Positions 26,107 through 36,442 of a stretch of DNA of 64,000 nucleotides are shown piece by piece. A program made the translations under genes and the position numbers. The notes under the pieces were generated by a model that was not told the origin of the DNA, made no database searches, and saw only the letters and a list, made by a program, of their open reading frames with translations. Each line of letters begins with the position of its first letter. The stretch's first letter is position 1. This stretch comes from an uncultured Bacillales bacterium (GTDB taxonomy: Bacteria > Bacillota_I > Bacilli_A > RF39 > UBA660): the NCBI GenBank assembly GCA_946539445.1, contig CAMNHK010000005.1, forward strand, positions 1,025 to 65,024, written 5' to 3'.

Positions 26107-27201
26107 TTATCGTTTAACTATATTATTTTCTGTTATATTATTATATTCTTGCATCGTAATAAAATGAGGAACTCTTAAATCTTCTGAAAATAGAATATAG
26201 TTTCCATTCATCCAAGTAATAGATCCTTCATTTAAAGTCATAAGAGTATCAATATCTGTTTCATACATTCTCGTAATGTCTTCTAAGCTTTGATTTCCTA
26301 CTTTGATAGTATAAGTATAATACATTAAATCCTCTTCTGGAATGGTATATGGAATACGGATGTGATCTCCTGCATATATCGTGGTTCCATGAATGTGATT
26401 GATATCTTGTATTTCTTCGATAGGAGTTCTAGCATTTTCAGATATTTCTGATAAAGTATCTCCTTTGGGAATTCTATAATTTCTCATTAAGGTATACGTT
26501 TTATTTTCTTCTCTCGATACTGTTTCTACTTGTTCTTCCACAATCGGTGTTGCTTCTGGTATATATCCTAGTTCTGTTGGTTCTTTGCCTTTTATACTAG
26601 CAGCTGTTATCAAAGTTCCTGCTACTAGAATTCCCCCTATTAATCCTCGATTTCTGAGAACAAATCTTGGAAAATTATCTTTGGTAATATAACCAAGTTT
26701 TCGAATTTGATATAGGGCCTCTCCGAATACATGAACGGTTCCTTGTCCCATACGAAAGGCTACTTCTTTGGGAAATGAATCTACTTTTCCTTCAAATTCA
26801 TGACGGAATAACTGATTGAAGGCTGTGTGCCGTGAGATAAAATCATAAGATTGTTCGTCTTGACGAACTTCTTTATAGGCTTGAGTCCAACTATTTTGTC
26901 TCTTTTTTTCTTCTTGGGCTCTTTGGAAAGCTTCCTCTTCTTGTCTTACTTCTTCTAAATAACGCGCGTATAATTTATCATATTCTTCTCTTTTTTCTTG
27001 AGAAGATAATGTTTCATAGGCTTTGGATGCTATTTTAAACTTTTGAGTTAAGGTTGCTTTTTCTTCATTGGATAATATTTTTCCAATTGCAATATCTGGA
27101 TGATATTGTTTTAACTTGTTGTAGTAAGCTTCCATAATTTCTTCTTTGGTGGCTTTGGAATCTACACCTAATATTTTATAGTAGTTTTGCATTAGCATCA
27201 C
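26107..27201 (-). CDS. J-domain / TM helix / double LysM protein
   Basis: J-domain YYKILGV...YHPD. TM helix GLIGGILVAGTLITAASI. Two LysM-like repeats (YRIPKGDTLSEISE...IYAGDHIRIP; YTIKVGNQSLEDITRMY...). Confidence 0.7.
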   Translation of the reverse strand: MMLMQNYYKILGVDSKATKEEIMEAYYNKLKQYHPDIAIGKILSNEEKATLTQKFKIASKAYETLSSQEKREEYDKLYARYLEEVRQEEEAFQRAQEEKKRQNSWTQAYKEVRQDEQSYDFISRHTAFNQLFRHEFEGKVDSFPKEVAFRMGQGTVHVFGEALYQIRKLGYITKDNFPRFVLRNRGLIGGILVAGTLITAASIKGKEPTELGYIPEATPIVEEQVETVSREENKTYTLMRNYRIPKGDTLSEISENARTPIEEIQDINHIHGTTIYAGDHIRIPYTIPEEDLMYYTYTIKVGNQSLEDITRMYETDIDTLMTLNEGSITWMNGNYILFSEDLRVPHFITMQEYNNITENNIVKR

Positions 27202-27210
27202 TCCTCTACT

Positions 27211-28095
27211 TTATGATTCTATTATATCTTTCTTTTTCTCAGAAGCAAAGTTTTTCCACACTTTTAATTCTTGATTTTCTACTTCATAAATTCCCAACAA
27301 TTCGTTTTCAAAGGAACGAAATATTACTTTATCCTCAATTTCCCAATCATTTGATATTCTTACTCCGTTACGAATTTTCTTTTCTAACTCATTTGTCACC
27401 GGAACAATAGGATATGGTAAAACGTCTTCTATCGAGTAAACTTTGTAATTTCCTTTTTCTAATTCTTCTAAGGTATAAGCTTCTTCTATGGAAACATTTC
27501 CTTGTTTGGTACGAACTAGAGATGTCATCACTGCCCCGGTTCCTAGGGACTTTCCTATCTCATGAATGAGACTACGGATATAACACCCTTTGGTAACTTT
27601 TGTATGAAATAGAAAAGTATTGTCTTTCTTTTCTATTAATTGAATTTCTTTGATGGTTACTTCTTTTTTTGGCAATTCTACTTCTTGATGGTTTCTTGCA
27701 TACTCGTATAGTTTTTTACCATTTACTTTTACAGCGGAATAGATAGGAACTTCTTGAAGGTATGTTTTTTGAAATGAGTGAAGTGTTTCTTCTATTGGTA
27801 AGTTTTTAGGAACTTCTTTGTTCTCTAATACTTCTCCTTCTATATCATAAGTGTCTGTTTCAATTCCTAGTTGAACACCTGCTGTATACTCTTTATCCGT
27901 TGCGGTTAATAATTCGACAATTTTAGTTGCTTTTCCTAAGCAAATGATTAAGACTCCTTCTGCCATAGGATCGAGTGTTCCCGTATGTCCTACTTTTTTG
28001 GTATGAAAATACTTGCTTACTTGTCGTACTACATCAAAGGAAGTAATTCCTTTCGGTTTGTTGATTACAATGACTCCATCCATTTCTATCACCAA
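27211..28095 (-). CDS. truB: tRNA pseudouridine(55) synthase
   Basis: GVIVINKPKGITSFDVV...VGHTGTLDPMAEGVL. Probable start at 28083. Confidence 0.9.
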   Translation of the reverse strand: MVIEMDGVIVINKPKGITSFDVVRQVSKYFHTKKVGHTGTLDPMAEGVLIICLGKATKIVELLTATDKEYTAGVQLGIETDTYDIEGEVLENKEVPKNLPIEETLHSFQKTYLQEVPIYSAVKVNGKKLYEYARNHQEVELPKKEVTIKEIQLIEKKDNTFLFHTKVTKGCYIRSLIHEIGKSLGTGAVMTSLVRTKQGNVSIEEAYTLEELEKGNYKVYSIEDVLPYPIVPVTNELEKKIRNGVRISNDWEIEDKVIFRSFENELLGIYEVENQELKVWKNFASEKKKDIIES

Positions 28096-28144
28096 TTTTA
28101 TTATATCATAAAAAAGAACATCCTTAGATGTTCCTTTTTGTTTC

Positions 28145-29206
28145 TTATTGATTGACAGATTTTACTAATAGATTTACGTAGATTCCAAGTCCAACGGTAA
28201 GAGAGATAAATCCTACTAAGCCACCTAAGACAGGAATTAATTCTACTAGGAAAATTGCTAGTAAAGAAACTGTTAGTAATAAGTAATCATTTTTAATTTT
28301 ATCTTTTAGAATCCATTTACCAAAATAGTAAGCAGTTGGAATGGCAGAAAGATAAATTAGTACTCCATATAGCATTAACGTAAGAACACTAAGTGGGATT
28401 CCAATTACTGTGATCATAACGATAATTGCCATAATAGGAGCTGCTACTAAAGTAAGGAATCCAGTACCAAATAATTTTAATACTTCCATTCCTTCTTTTT
28501 TTGTTTTGTCTATCTTCTTATAAAGATCTTTTCTTAATAGTAATAGTAATAAAGCGATTAATAATAGACTTAAGAAAGACATCATTTTAGAGAAGATTCT
28601 AGCATATGGAGATGGATGATAATCAATCTCTACTACTCCATCACTAGATTTATACGTTTCTTTCTTTCCAATTTCGGCTTTTGAATGAATGACTGGTTTT
28701 ACCTCTTTTGGATATTTGAAAGTACCCGTAATAACCGCATTTTCTCCTAATTCAATATCTTCTCCCGCAACCACTACATCTCCTTCAATTTTGGAATTGA
28801 TGAAAATCGTATTTCCAGCAAGATAAGCATTACGAGAAATATCGGATGCGATTTCAATTGTTTCTGCTGCAGCGTATAAATCACGAATCGTAGAAGATTC
28901 TATTGTTATGTCATTTCCGGCTACAAAAGCATCTTTCGTCTCAATATCTTTCAAATACACACTGTTTCCAGCAGCAAACAAATAATCTTGTTTACTAGAA
29001 ATGCTAATCTTGTTTCCAGCAACAAAGTTAATTCCATCAATCTCAGATGCTGTTTTCACATGATTTCCGGCTACAAAATTGGTTGCTGCAATATTCTTTT
29101 CTAACGTAACATTATTATCTGCTGTTAGGTTTTCCTCTAAAGCAAATACTGGCATTGCTAAAATGGTTACTAAAATTACTAATAAAACACTAATTTTCTT
29201 TTTCAT
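28145..29206 (-). CDS. Secreted beta-helix-type repeat protein with polytopic C-terminal membrane domain
   Basis: Signal peptide. Repeated F-V/A-AGN-x-(I/V) units (six or more). C-terminal half has about 4 TM helices. Confidence 0.45.
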   Translation of the reverse strand: MKKKISVLLVILVTILAMPVFALEENLTADNNVTLEKNIAATNFVAGNHVKTASEIDGINFVAGNKISISSKQDYLFAAGNSVYLKDIETKDAFVAGNDITIESSTIRDLYAAAETIEIASDISRNAYLAGNTIFINSKIEGDVVVAGEDIELGENAVITGTFKYPKEVKPVIHSKAEIGKKETYKSSDGVVEIDYHPSPYARIFSKMMSFLSLLLIALLLLLLRKDLYKKIDKTKKEGMEVLKLFGTGFLTLVAAPIMAIIVMITVIGIPLSVLTLMLYGVLIYLSAIPTAYYFGKWILKDKIKNDYLLLTVSLLAIFLVELIPVLGGLVGFISLTVGLGIYVNLLVKSVNQ

Positions 29207-29226
29207 ATTTCCTCCTTCTATTTATC

Positions 29227-29262
29227 ATTATAACAAAAAAGAAACTGTATGACTACAATTTC
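29227..29262 (-). promoter_or_regulatory. Terminator-like hairpin abutting an extended -10 promoter (TGTTATAAT) for the 28145..29206 gene
   Basis: Minus strand: GAAATTGTA-GTCA-TACAGTTTC (one mismatch), T6, then TGTTATAAT (29235..29227), about 20 nt before the RBS GAAGGAGG. Confidence 0.4.
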
Positions 29263-29485
29263 TATTTTCTTATATTAATTTATTCTTCTAAAAGATTTGA
29301 GATATTTCATATTTAAAATATTATGAATTCTATATATCCATTTAAACTATTGAAGATATCATCTTTATTAGCATCTTATTCAATACATCACTAATCTATG
29401 ATTAACACTTGGCATTCAAGTATTAATTACTATATCGGTATTTTTTTCATCTCTTTCATATTAAAACAGATAAAATGATACAGTA

Positions 29486-30775
29486 TTAAGCAATCCGGAA
29501 AGCTGGCGAAACCCCGTGAGTAGCAGTAGAATCGGTGTTACCCCAATTACCATTATTTTTCACGTAGCTGAAAAACGCGTTATGATTGGAGTGAGCCGAG
29601 CGCAGCCACCAATTAGCGTTTATACCATTTCTTTGCTTAATTGCTCCTGAACAATTTGATGTTGTAATATTTAATCCTGCATAGTAGTCTAATTGTCTTG
29701 TATTATTATAAGATGAATCATAATAATCTATGCCAATACTTGGATTTCCATCTGCCTCTTCCCATACTTCATGGGTAGATAATAAATATAGTTTATCAGT
29801 TGAAGTAAAATTAGTCTCTCCTGTAGTTGAACCATGTCCTGATACTACTGTTGTGTCAATAATGGCATTCTTAATTACTGTTGGTAAGGCATTATAAATA
29901 TCATTATTTACATATGTCCTTAATTCTCTAGCAGGCCATCCTCCAACATTTGTAGCAGGACTATTCATATTATGCATTGTAATAATGTCTGCAAATTCTA
30001 ATACTACTCCACAGGCTGTTTGACTAAATCCTGTTGTTGCACATTCACTAGGAGTAGACATATTTGCTATTCTCAAAGTATGAGTACCTAAACTATTTCC
30101 TAACTCTACTGTCTTCGTATCACCAACATTATAGGTATCAAATAATCCTCTTTTAGCTGCACACACAACAGTTTCCCAACTATCAGTAGAAAAATCACTT
30201 GGAGAACATACTTCAACAGCATTCTCATCTGCTTGGACATAAGTTACACTAAAACTAAATGTTTTGTTTTGTGTTTGTGCTGGTAAGTCACTAGCGTTAA
30301 TGTTCGCTTTATAACCAATACGTACTTTATAGGTTTCTGTCTCTCCGGTTTTTAAGTATTGATTAGGAGCTAATTCTATTCCATCACTATAAGTAACAGA
30401 ATACTCCATATAAGCAGGTAATGTCGTTATTTCTACTCCGTTCATTTTACTAGTAACGGATTCTACCATTCCATCGATGGTACCTTTATTTACGGCATCG
30501 ACCGTGAATTCATAGAAGTCTCCGGGTTCCTTTAAAGTAATGGCATAGGTCACTTCTGTTGTGGATTCTGATATTGTCGCAGCCGTATTTCCACTAGATA
30601 GTTCTACACTATTGGGATTAACCACTAAATTATTAAAGTGAATATTCCAATTTGCTCCCAAAAAATCTGCGGTACCATTAATTTGCAATTCTGTTTGTAA
30701 AAATGCGTATCCTATTCCTAAAAAACACATCAATACAAATAAAGCTAAATACATTTTCCTACTATTTCTTTTCAT
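29486..30775 (-). CDS. Secreted protein with DUF6273-like C-terminal domain
   Basis: N-terminal signal/anchor. C-terminal NWWLRSAHSNHNAFFSYV...GVSPAFRI matches the WWLRS...GVRPA signature I associate with DUF6273. The 3' end is markedly G+C-richer than its surroundings. Confidence 0.55.
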   Translation of the reverse strand: MKRNSRKMYLALFVLMCFLGIGYAFLQTELQINGTADFLGANWNIHFNNLVVNPNSVELSSGNTAATISESTTEVTYAITLKEPGDFYEFTVDAVNKGTIDGMVESVTSKMNGVEITTLPAYMEYSVTYSDGIELAPNQYLKTGETETYKVRIGYKANINASDLPAQTQNKTFSFSVTYVQADENAVEVCSPSDFSTDSWETVVCAAKRGLFDTYNVGDTKTVELGNSLGTHTLRIANMSTPSECATTGFSQTACGVVLEFADIITMHNMNSPATNVGGWPARELRTYVNNDIYNALPTVIKNAIIDTTVVSGHGSTTGETNFTSTDKLYLLSTHEVWEEADGNPSIGIDYYDSSYNNTRQLDYYAGLNITTSNCSGAIKQRNGINANWWLRSAHSNHNAFFSYVKNNGNWGNTDSTATHGVSPAFRIA

Positions 30776-30863
30776 TATTCCACTCCCATTTTATAGCTTA
30801 AGGATAATATAGCTTTAATATTTTTGTCAATAAATCTCAACACTGTCATTTTTTTGTTTACGT

Positions 30864-30897
30864 AAATAAAAAAGAATGTAGACTTTCCTACATTCTT
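30864..30897 (-). terminator. Rho-independent terminator after polC
   Basis: Minus strand: AGAATGTAG-6 nt-CTACATTCT (9 bp) followed by a T-run. Confidence 0.75.
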
Positions 30898-33800
30898 TAG
30901 AATAATGTTAACTGATTGGAATCTGGTAATCCTTCAAAGATTCCCATTTCTTTCATTTTATCAATTAATGTTTGAGATACTTTGGCTCTTTTTTGTACAT
31001 CTTCGATACTAATAAAGTTTCCTTTTTCTCTTTCGGCTACAATGTTTTTGGCTACAGTATCCCCTAAGCCATCAATGGCATTAAATGGTGGGTAGATTTC
31101 GGTATCACTTTTTACCACCCAGACAGTAGCATCGCTTTTGTATAAATCTACTGGCAAGAATTTCATTCCTCTAGCAGTGGCTTCAAGAGCTACTTTTAAA
31201 GATTCGGATTGACCATTTTCTTTGTTGGATGCTTCAAATCCTTTTTCTTGAATGTCTTCGATTCTTGCCTTAATGGTATTATATCCTTTTACCATACTAT
31301 CTAAATCGATATCCGTTGCTTTGGAAGATAGCCAAGATGCATAGAAATAAACAGGCATATGCACTTTATACCAAGCAATACGGAATGCGGAAATAACATA
31401 AGCAGCTGCGTGAGCTTTGGGGAACATATATTTAATTTTGGCACAAGAATTAATAAACCATTCTGGAATATTGGCTTCTTGCATTGTCTTAACATGTTCT
31501 TGCCAAGCTTCTGGTTCTTTGGAGGCTTTTCCTTTACGAACAAACTCCATTATTTTAAAGGCTTTTAATGGTTTTACTCCATTGTACATTAAATACACCA
31601 TAATATCGTCACGACAGCCTATTGTATCTTTAAAAGGAACAATATTATTTTGAATTAATTCTTGGGCATTTCCAAGCCATACATCGGTACCATGAGAAAG
31701 ACCTGAAATCTTAATTAATTCTCCAAAAGTTGTAGGCTTGGTATCCTCTACTAATTTAATGGTAAAGGAAGTACCAAATTCTGGGATTCCAAGTGTCCCC
31801 GTATTACACATAATTTGTTCTTTGGTTACTCCTAAGGCTTCCGTTGAAGTAAAGATACTCATCGTCGCTTTATCATCTAATGGTACTTTTAGAATATCCG
31901 TTCCAGATTGATTTTGAATTAAACGTAATTGAGTTGGATCTGAATGTCCTAAAATATCTAGTTTTAATAAACACTGATCAATCGAATGGTAATCAAAGTG
32001 AGTCGTTTTCCATTCAGCCGTTGCATCTTCGGCTGGAAATTGGTATGGAGTAAAATCGGATACATCTTTATAATCGGGAATAACGACAATTCCACCTGGA
32101 TGTTGTCCCGTTGTTCTCTTTACTCCTGTACAACCAATTGCTAGACGTTCTACCTCGGCGGTACGCATATCTCCTAATCCTTTTTCTTCACAGTATCCTT
32201 TGACGAATCCAAAGGCGGTTTTATCGGCTACGGTACCAATGGTTCCCGCACGATAGACATTGTTTTCTCCGAACAATACTTTTGTATAAGCATGCGCACT
32301 GGCTTGATTTAAATCTGAAAAGTTCAAGTCAATATCAGGAACTTTATCGGCATTAAATCCTAAGAATGTAGCAAATGGCATATCTTGCCCGTCTTTAATC
32401 ATCGGTATATGGCAATTAGGACAGTCTTTATCTGGTAAATCAAAACCAGAAGAGTAATCGGCTCCATATGGTTTTCCATTTTCATCTTCAAATATACTTA
32501 ACTTACATTTTTCACAACGATAGTGAGCTGCTAGTGGATTAACCTCAGTAATTCCCATCATCGTTGCGACAAAGCTTGATCCTACGGACCCACGGGAACC
32601 TACTAAATATCCTTCATCATTCGAGTGTTTTACCAAACGTTGGGCAATTAAGTAAATTGGATCGAATCCTCCTCCAATAACTCCTCCTAACGCTTTTTTG
32701 GTAGCTTTTTCTAATCCTTTTTCATCTAGTTCTTCTTCGGATGTCCGTTTTACATACTCTTTTACATACTCTACTACTTTATCTTTTCCTTGAAGAATAA
32801 TATCATGAAGTTTTTTATGGGATTGTTTTTGAAATTCTTCATCTGATAAGTTTTCTTTTTGTAATTCTTCTGTTACAATTCGATAAACAATATCTCCATA
32901 CAATTCGGTTGCGATTCTTTCTTCAATGGCATAGGGAAGTGGATCTCCATACCAGTCGGCTACTTTTGTATATACAAGGTCGGTTACAACTACTGGACAG
33001 TCTAGGTAAGATTCTCCATCATCACTTTTAACTCTTGGAGAGAATGGGATACCACCGGTATCTGGTATAACTTCCACAATGTCACACATATCGGCTATTT
33101 TATTGGTATTTTCTACTACAATTTCATACGCTTTTTCGGCCCCTAAGAATTGGAAATCTTCGAGCATTTCATTGGTCGTACGGAAATGGTTGGATGGAAT
33201 TTCTTTAATTCCATTTCTGGCGAGTGGATGTCTTCCTCCTCCAGGAACTTTTTGATTTACAATAATCTCACGATAGATTTTGTCATCTCTTTTAATATGA
33301 TGAACATCTCCTGTTGCCACAATAATCTTTCCAGCTTCTTCGGTAACTCTAACAACCTTTTCGATATTCGCAGCTACTTCTACTCTCGTTGCAAAATCCC
33401 CCGTTTGAATTAAGTGATCATAGCATTCCATTGGTTGTACTTCTACATAATCATAGAATCGAATAATATTTGATAATTCATCATCACTTTTGGATTTTGC
33501 TTCGTTAAATACTTCTCCTTCATAGCAACCACTACCAATTAATAGACCTTCTCGATATTCTTCTACTACGCTTCTTAAAATTCTTGGTGTTTTATATAGA
33601 TACGTTGTATTAGCAAGGGATATTAATTGAAATAAGTGTTTTAAACCAATTTGATTTTTTACTAAAATATTGATGTGATGAGCACGTCCATATTTATGAA
33701 TTTCTTCTTTGCTAACTAAACGATCTAAATCAGACATTTTTTCAATGTTACGATTGGATAATTTCTTTAGCATTTTATGGAAGACTAGAGCGGTTCCTTC

Positions 33801-35525
33801 GGCATCATAATCTCCTCTATGATGAGCATCTTCATCCCATGGTACTTCATACCGTTTTACTAAGGCTGACAAGGAATGTCTAGCATAGGTATTATCTAAT
33901 GTTCTTGATAATTCTAGGGTATCGATTACAGGATTTTGAAACGTTCCTAAATTATATTTTTTATAAGCCATTTCTAGGAAGGAAGTATCAAATTTGGCGT
34001 TATGAGCCACCATTGGGCAATCACCAAACCATTCGATAAAGCGTTTTACGGCATTTTCTTCGTTGTCTTTTCCTTCTAACATAGCATCGGTAATATTGGT
34101 TAATTCTACTATTTTTTCTGGTAATGGTCTTCCTGGATTGATTAATTCATCATATCTTTCTAGGATTTCTCCATTTTTAATTTTTACGGCTCCTATTTCG
34201 ATGATGGAATCCGCTCCACCGGCATTAAAACCAGTCGTTTCAAAGTCAAAAACCACATAGGTTTGATCTAACATAATTTCATCGTTTGGACGAACGACTA
34301 TATTAACCGAATCGTCAATCATGGTTAATTCTGCTCCATAGATGGCTTTAAATGGTTCTTGTCCTTCTTCTAATTTTTTATTATTACTCGTTACCATATT
34401 AAAGACATGTGGAAATCCTTGTACTCCATTGTGATCGGTAATAGCTACGGCTTTCATACCAAACTTCATAGCTGTTTTCACAATATCGGTTTCATCGGCC
34501 ACTCCGTCCATTTGACTCATTTTGGTATGACAATGTAATTCTACTCTTTTTACTTCGGCTGTATCTTTTACAGTTGTTTCTTCTTTTTCAATCGCAATAA
34601 TATCTCTAGCATTTAATACTAATTCTTTGGCAAAGGTATCATTTTTGGTATATCCTCGAATTTTATACCAATTTCCTTCTTTCAATTCTTTGCATAGTCT
34701 TTTGTATTCCTCTTCTTCTCTTACAAAAACTTTGCAATAAATACTATCTGAAAAATCCGTTATTTTTAAGGTAATAATTTTAAAATCGGTTTTACTGGAT
34801 TCAAAGTAATCTACTCCAAATACTTTGGCTTCTACTACGACATTATTATCTTCTCCTAATAATGTCTTTATCTTAATCGGATCTTCTTTAATTCCTCTTC
34901 CTATGATACTGTTTGGATCTTTCGCCTCTCGATGATATTTTTTCTTTTCTCCTGTTGTTGCCTCTTCGGTGGAAGTTTTTTTCTTTTTCTCTACTACTGG
35001 CATTTCATAATTATTTAATTCTTGCTGAATCTCTTCTAGTATATTTTTATCTTGATGTATCTTTACTTCTATATTAAAGGCATATCCTAATTGTTTATAA
35101 AAACGATTTATTTTATCTAGACATTTTTCTATTTTTTCTTTTTCTAATTCATTGGATACAAATAATACTAAAAAGTCATCTTCTATTTGAAGAGAATCTT
35201 CATATAATTCTAATACCTTTAAATCTTCTTTTAATTGTTTTAATAAGTATGGATAATAGGATTGAAATAATTCTAATGGTTTTTCTTCTGGATTCCAATA
35301 AAATTCTATTTTACTGGCATTTTTATCTAGAGCCATTTTTTTCTCTTGTAATTCTTCAAATACTTCTATTGGTGGCAATTTATCTATATCTATCATTACT
35401 TGCCAACTATCTACTTTGGAATTTACTTTAATTTTAGGAATTTTGGCCGCAGAAAAGTATTGATAAGAGTTCTCATCAATACTTATTTTGTCTAACAATA
35501 CTTTTATTTTCTCGTCCATTTTCAT
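30897..35525 (-). CDS. polC: DNA polymerase III alpha subunit, PolC type
   Basis: 1542 aa. PHP domain (VELHCHTKMSQMDG), embedded DEDD exonuclease (YVVFDFETTG...HNAKFDTSFL), Zn-finger CEKC...CPNC, polymerase core. Confidence 0.95.
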   Translation of the reverse strand: MKMDEKIKVLLDKISIDENSYQYFSAAKIPKIKVNSKVDSWQVMIDIDKLPPIEVFEELQEKKMALDKNASKIEFYWNPEEKPLELFQSYYPYLLKQLKEDLKVLELYEDSLQIEDDFLVLFVSNELEKEKIEKCLDKINRFYKQLGYAFNIEVKIHQDKNILEEIQQELNNYEMPVVEKKKKTSTEEATTGEKKKYHREAKDPNSIIGRGIKEDPIKIKTLLGEDNNVVVEAKVFGVDYFESSKTDFKIITLKITDFSDSIYCKVFVREEEEYKRLCKELKEGNWYKIRGYTKNDTFAKELVLNARDIIAIEKEETTVKDTAEVKRVELHCHTKMSQMDGVADETDIVKTAMKFGMKAVAITDHNGVQGFPHVFNMVTSNNKKLEEGQEPFKAIYGAELTMIDDSVNIVVRPNDEIMLDQTYVVFDFETTGFNAGGADSIIEIGAVKIKNGEILERYDELINPGRPLPEKIVELTNITDAMLEGKDNEENAVKRFIEWFGDCPMVAHNAKFDTSFLEMAYKKYNLGTFQNPVIDTLELSRTLDNTYARHSLSALVKRYEVPWDEDAHHRGDYDAEGTALVFHKMLKKLSNRNIEKMSDLDRLVSKEEIHKYGRAHHINILVKNQIGLKHLFQLISLANTTYLYKTPRILRSVVEEYREGLLIGSGCYEGEVFNEAKSKSDDELSNIIRFYDYVEVQPMECYDHLIQTGDFATRVEVAANIEKVVRVTEEAGKIIVATGDVHHIKRDDKIYREIIVNQKVPGGGRHPLARNGIKEIPSNHFRTTNEMLEDFQFLGAEKAYEIVVENTNKIADMCDIVEVIPDTGGIPFSPRVKSDDGESYLDCPVVVTDLVYTKVADWYGDPLPYAIEERIATELYGDIVYRIVTEELQKENLSDEEFQKQSHKKLHDIILQGKDKVVEYVKEYVKRTSEEELDEKGLEKATKKALGGVIGGGFDPIYLIAQRLVKHSNDEGYLVGSRGSVGSSFVATMMGITEVNPLAAHYRCEKCKLSIFEDENGKPYGADYSSGFDLPDKDCPNCHIPMIKDGQDMPFATFLGFNADKVPDIDLNFSDLNQASAHAYTKVLFGENNVYRAGTIGTVADKTAFGFVKGYCEEKGLGDMRTAEVERLAIGCTGVKRTTGQHPGGIVVIPDYKDVSDFTPYQFPAEDATAEWKTTHFDYHSIDQCLLKLDILGHSDPTQLRLIQNQSGTDILKVPLDDKATMSIFTSTEALGVTKEQIMCNTGTLGIPEFGTSFTIKLVEDTKPTTFGELIKISGLSHGTDVWLGNAQELIQNNIVPFKDTIGCRDDIMVYLMYNGVKPLKAFKIMEFVRKGKASKEPEAWQEHVKTMQEANIPEWFINSCAKIKYMFPKAHAAAYVISAFRIAWYKVHMPVYFYASWLSSKATDIDLDSMVKGYNTIKARIEDIQEKGFEASNKENGQSESLKVALEATARGMKFLPVDLYKSDATVWVVKSDTEIYPPFNAIDGLGDTVAKNIVAEREKGNFISIEDVQKRAKVSQTLIDKMKEMGIFEGLPDSNQLTLF

Positions 35526-35542
35526 TCCCCCTGTACTTCTTG

Positions 35543-36376
35543 TTATACGGCTACGTTTTTTTCTTCCTTCGTTTCTCGAATCATGTATCGTTTGTTACGA
35601 ATGCAGAATTCAATAAACTCTTCTATGTCCATTTTCTTTAATTCTTTTTCATAAGCATATTTATTTGCTTCAAATACGATCTTATCTCGCATCATATATT
35701 GTTCAAATTCTTCTTTAGGAACGCCTAAATACATTAACCAATATGGATAAATACATCTTTTTAATGGTAATAGTGAAGGGCTTCCACTTTGGTAGCAGCT
35801 TCTACCGCTAATTCTCGTTGCATATTCATTTAAAACAGCCAATTCTAAGATTGCTTTTTTAAAATCTTCGTATTCTTCTTTGTATCTTTTTATATTATTT
35901 TTGATAATTACCATATTCATTTCTAATAATAGTTTTAATGGTTCTTTTTTGTCCATTTCTTTTCCTACAATTAGATTGTGTTCTTCCGTATGATCAATTA
36001 TATTTAATTCTTTGTTCACAATAAAAACAGAATAATCTGGTATTTTTTTACGAATCATATTTTTGTATAAATGATCTGTTTCTTTTTTATTTTTATCCCA
36101 AATTCGCATCACTTCGATACGATATTTATCGGCTTGTTTTCTTAGTTTTTCATAATCTTTACTATCTAATACTATGTTATAGACGGTATCGTCATTTGGT
36201 ATAAAATTTTTATAGTCTTTCATTATTTGGGATTTGTCTTTGAAACTTTCATTATATTCATTTTTATAAGTATCCCAAATTCTTTGTTTTAATTTATATA
36301 TAGGTTCTGAAATGGAAGCTCCAAATAATAAATTCCAGATCAAAACATAATCATCTACTATGAAGTTTGTGTTCAT
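35543..36376 (-). CDS. Hypothetical cytoplasmic protein
   Basis: 277-aa ORF tightly following the upstream gene. No motif recognised. Confidence 0.4.
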   Translation of the reverse strand: MNTNFIVDDYVLIWNLLFGASISEPIYKLKQRIWDTYKNEYNESFKDKSQIMKDYKNFIPNDDTVYNIVLDSKDYEKLRKQADKYRIEVMRIWDKNKKETDHLYKNMIRKKIPDYSVFIVNKELNIIDHTEEHNLIVGKEMDKKEPLKLLLEMNMVIIKNNIKRYKEEYEDFKKAILELAVLNEYATRISGRSCYQSGSPSLLPLKRCIYPYWLMYLGVPKEEFEQYMMRDKIVFEANKYAYEKELKKMDIEEFIEFCIRNKRYMIRETKEEKNVAV

Positions 36377-36442
36377 ATTCTTCCATCACCCATATCTATC
36401 ATATCAAAAAAAAAGAGAAAGTTGAACATAAACTTTTCCCTT

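Noticed and set aside
29263-29485. Long AT-rich non-coding spacer as a possible sRNA, riboswitch or gene remnant
   Set aside because: I found no ORF longer than about 10 codons, no convincing stem-loops beyond the terminator at 29236..29262, no repeats and no recognisable riboswitch core. It is most simply the 3' UTR or spacer of the DUF6273-like gene.
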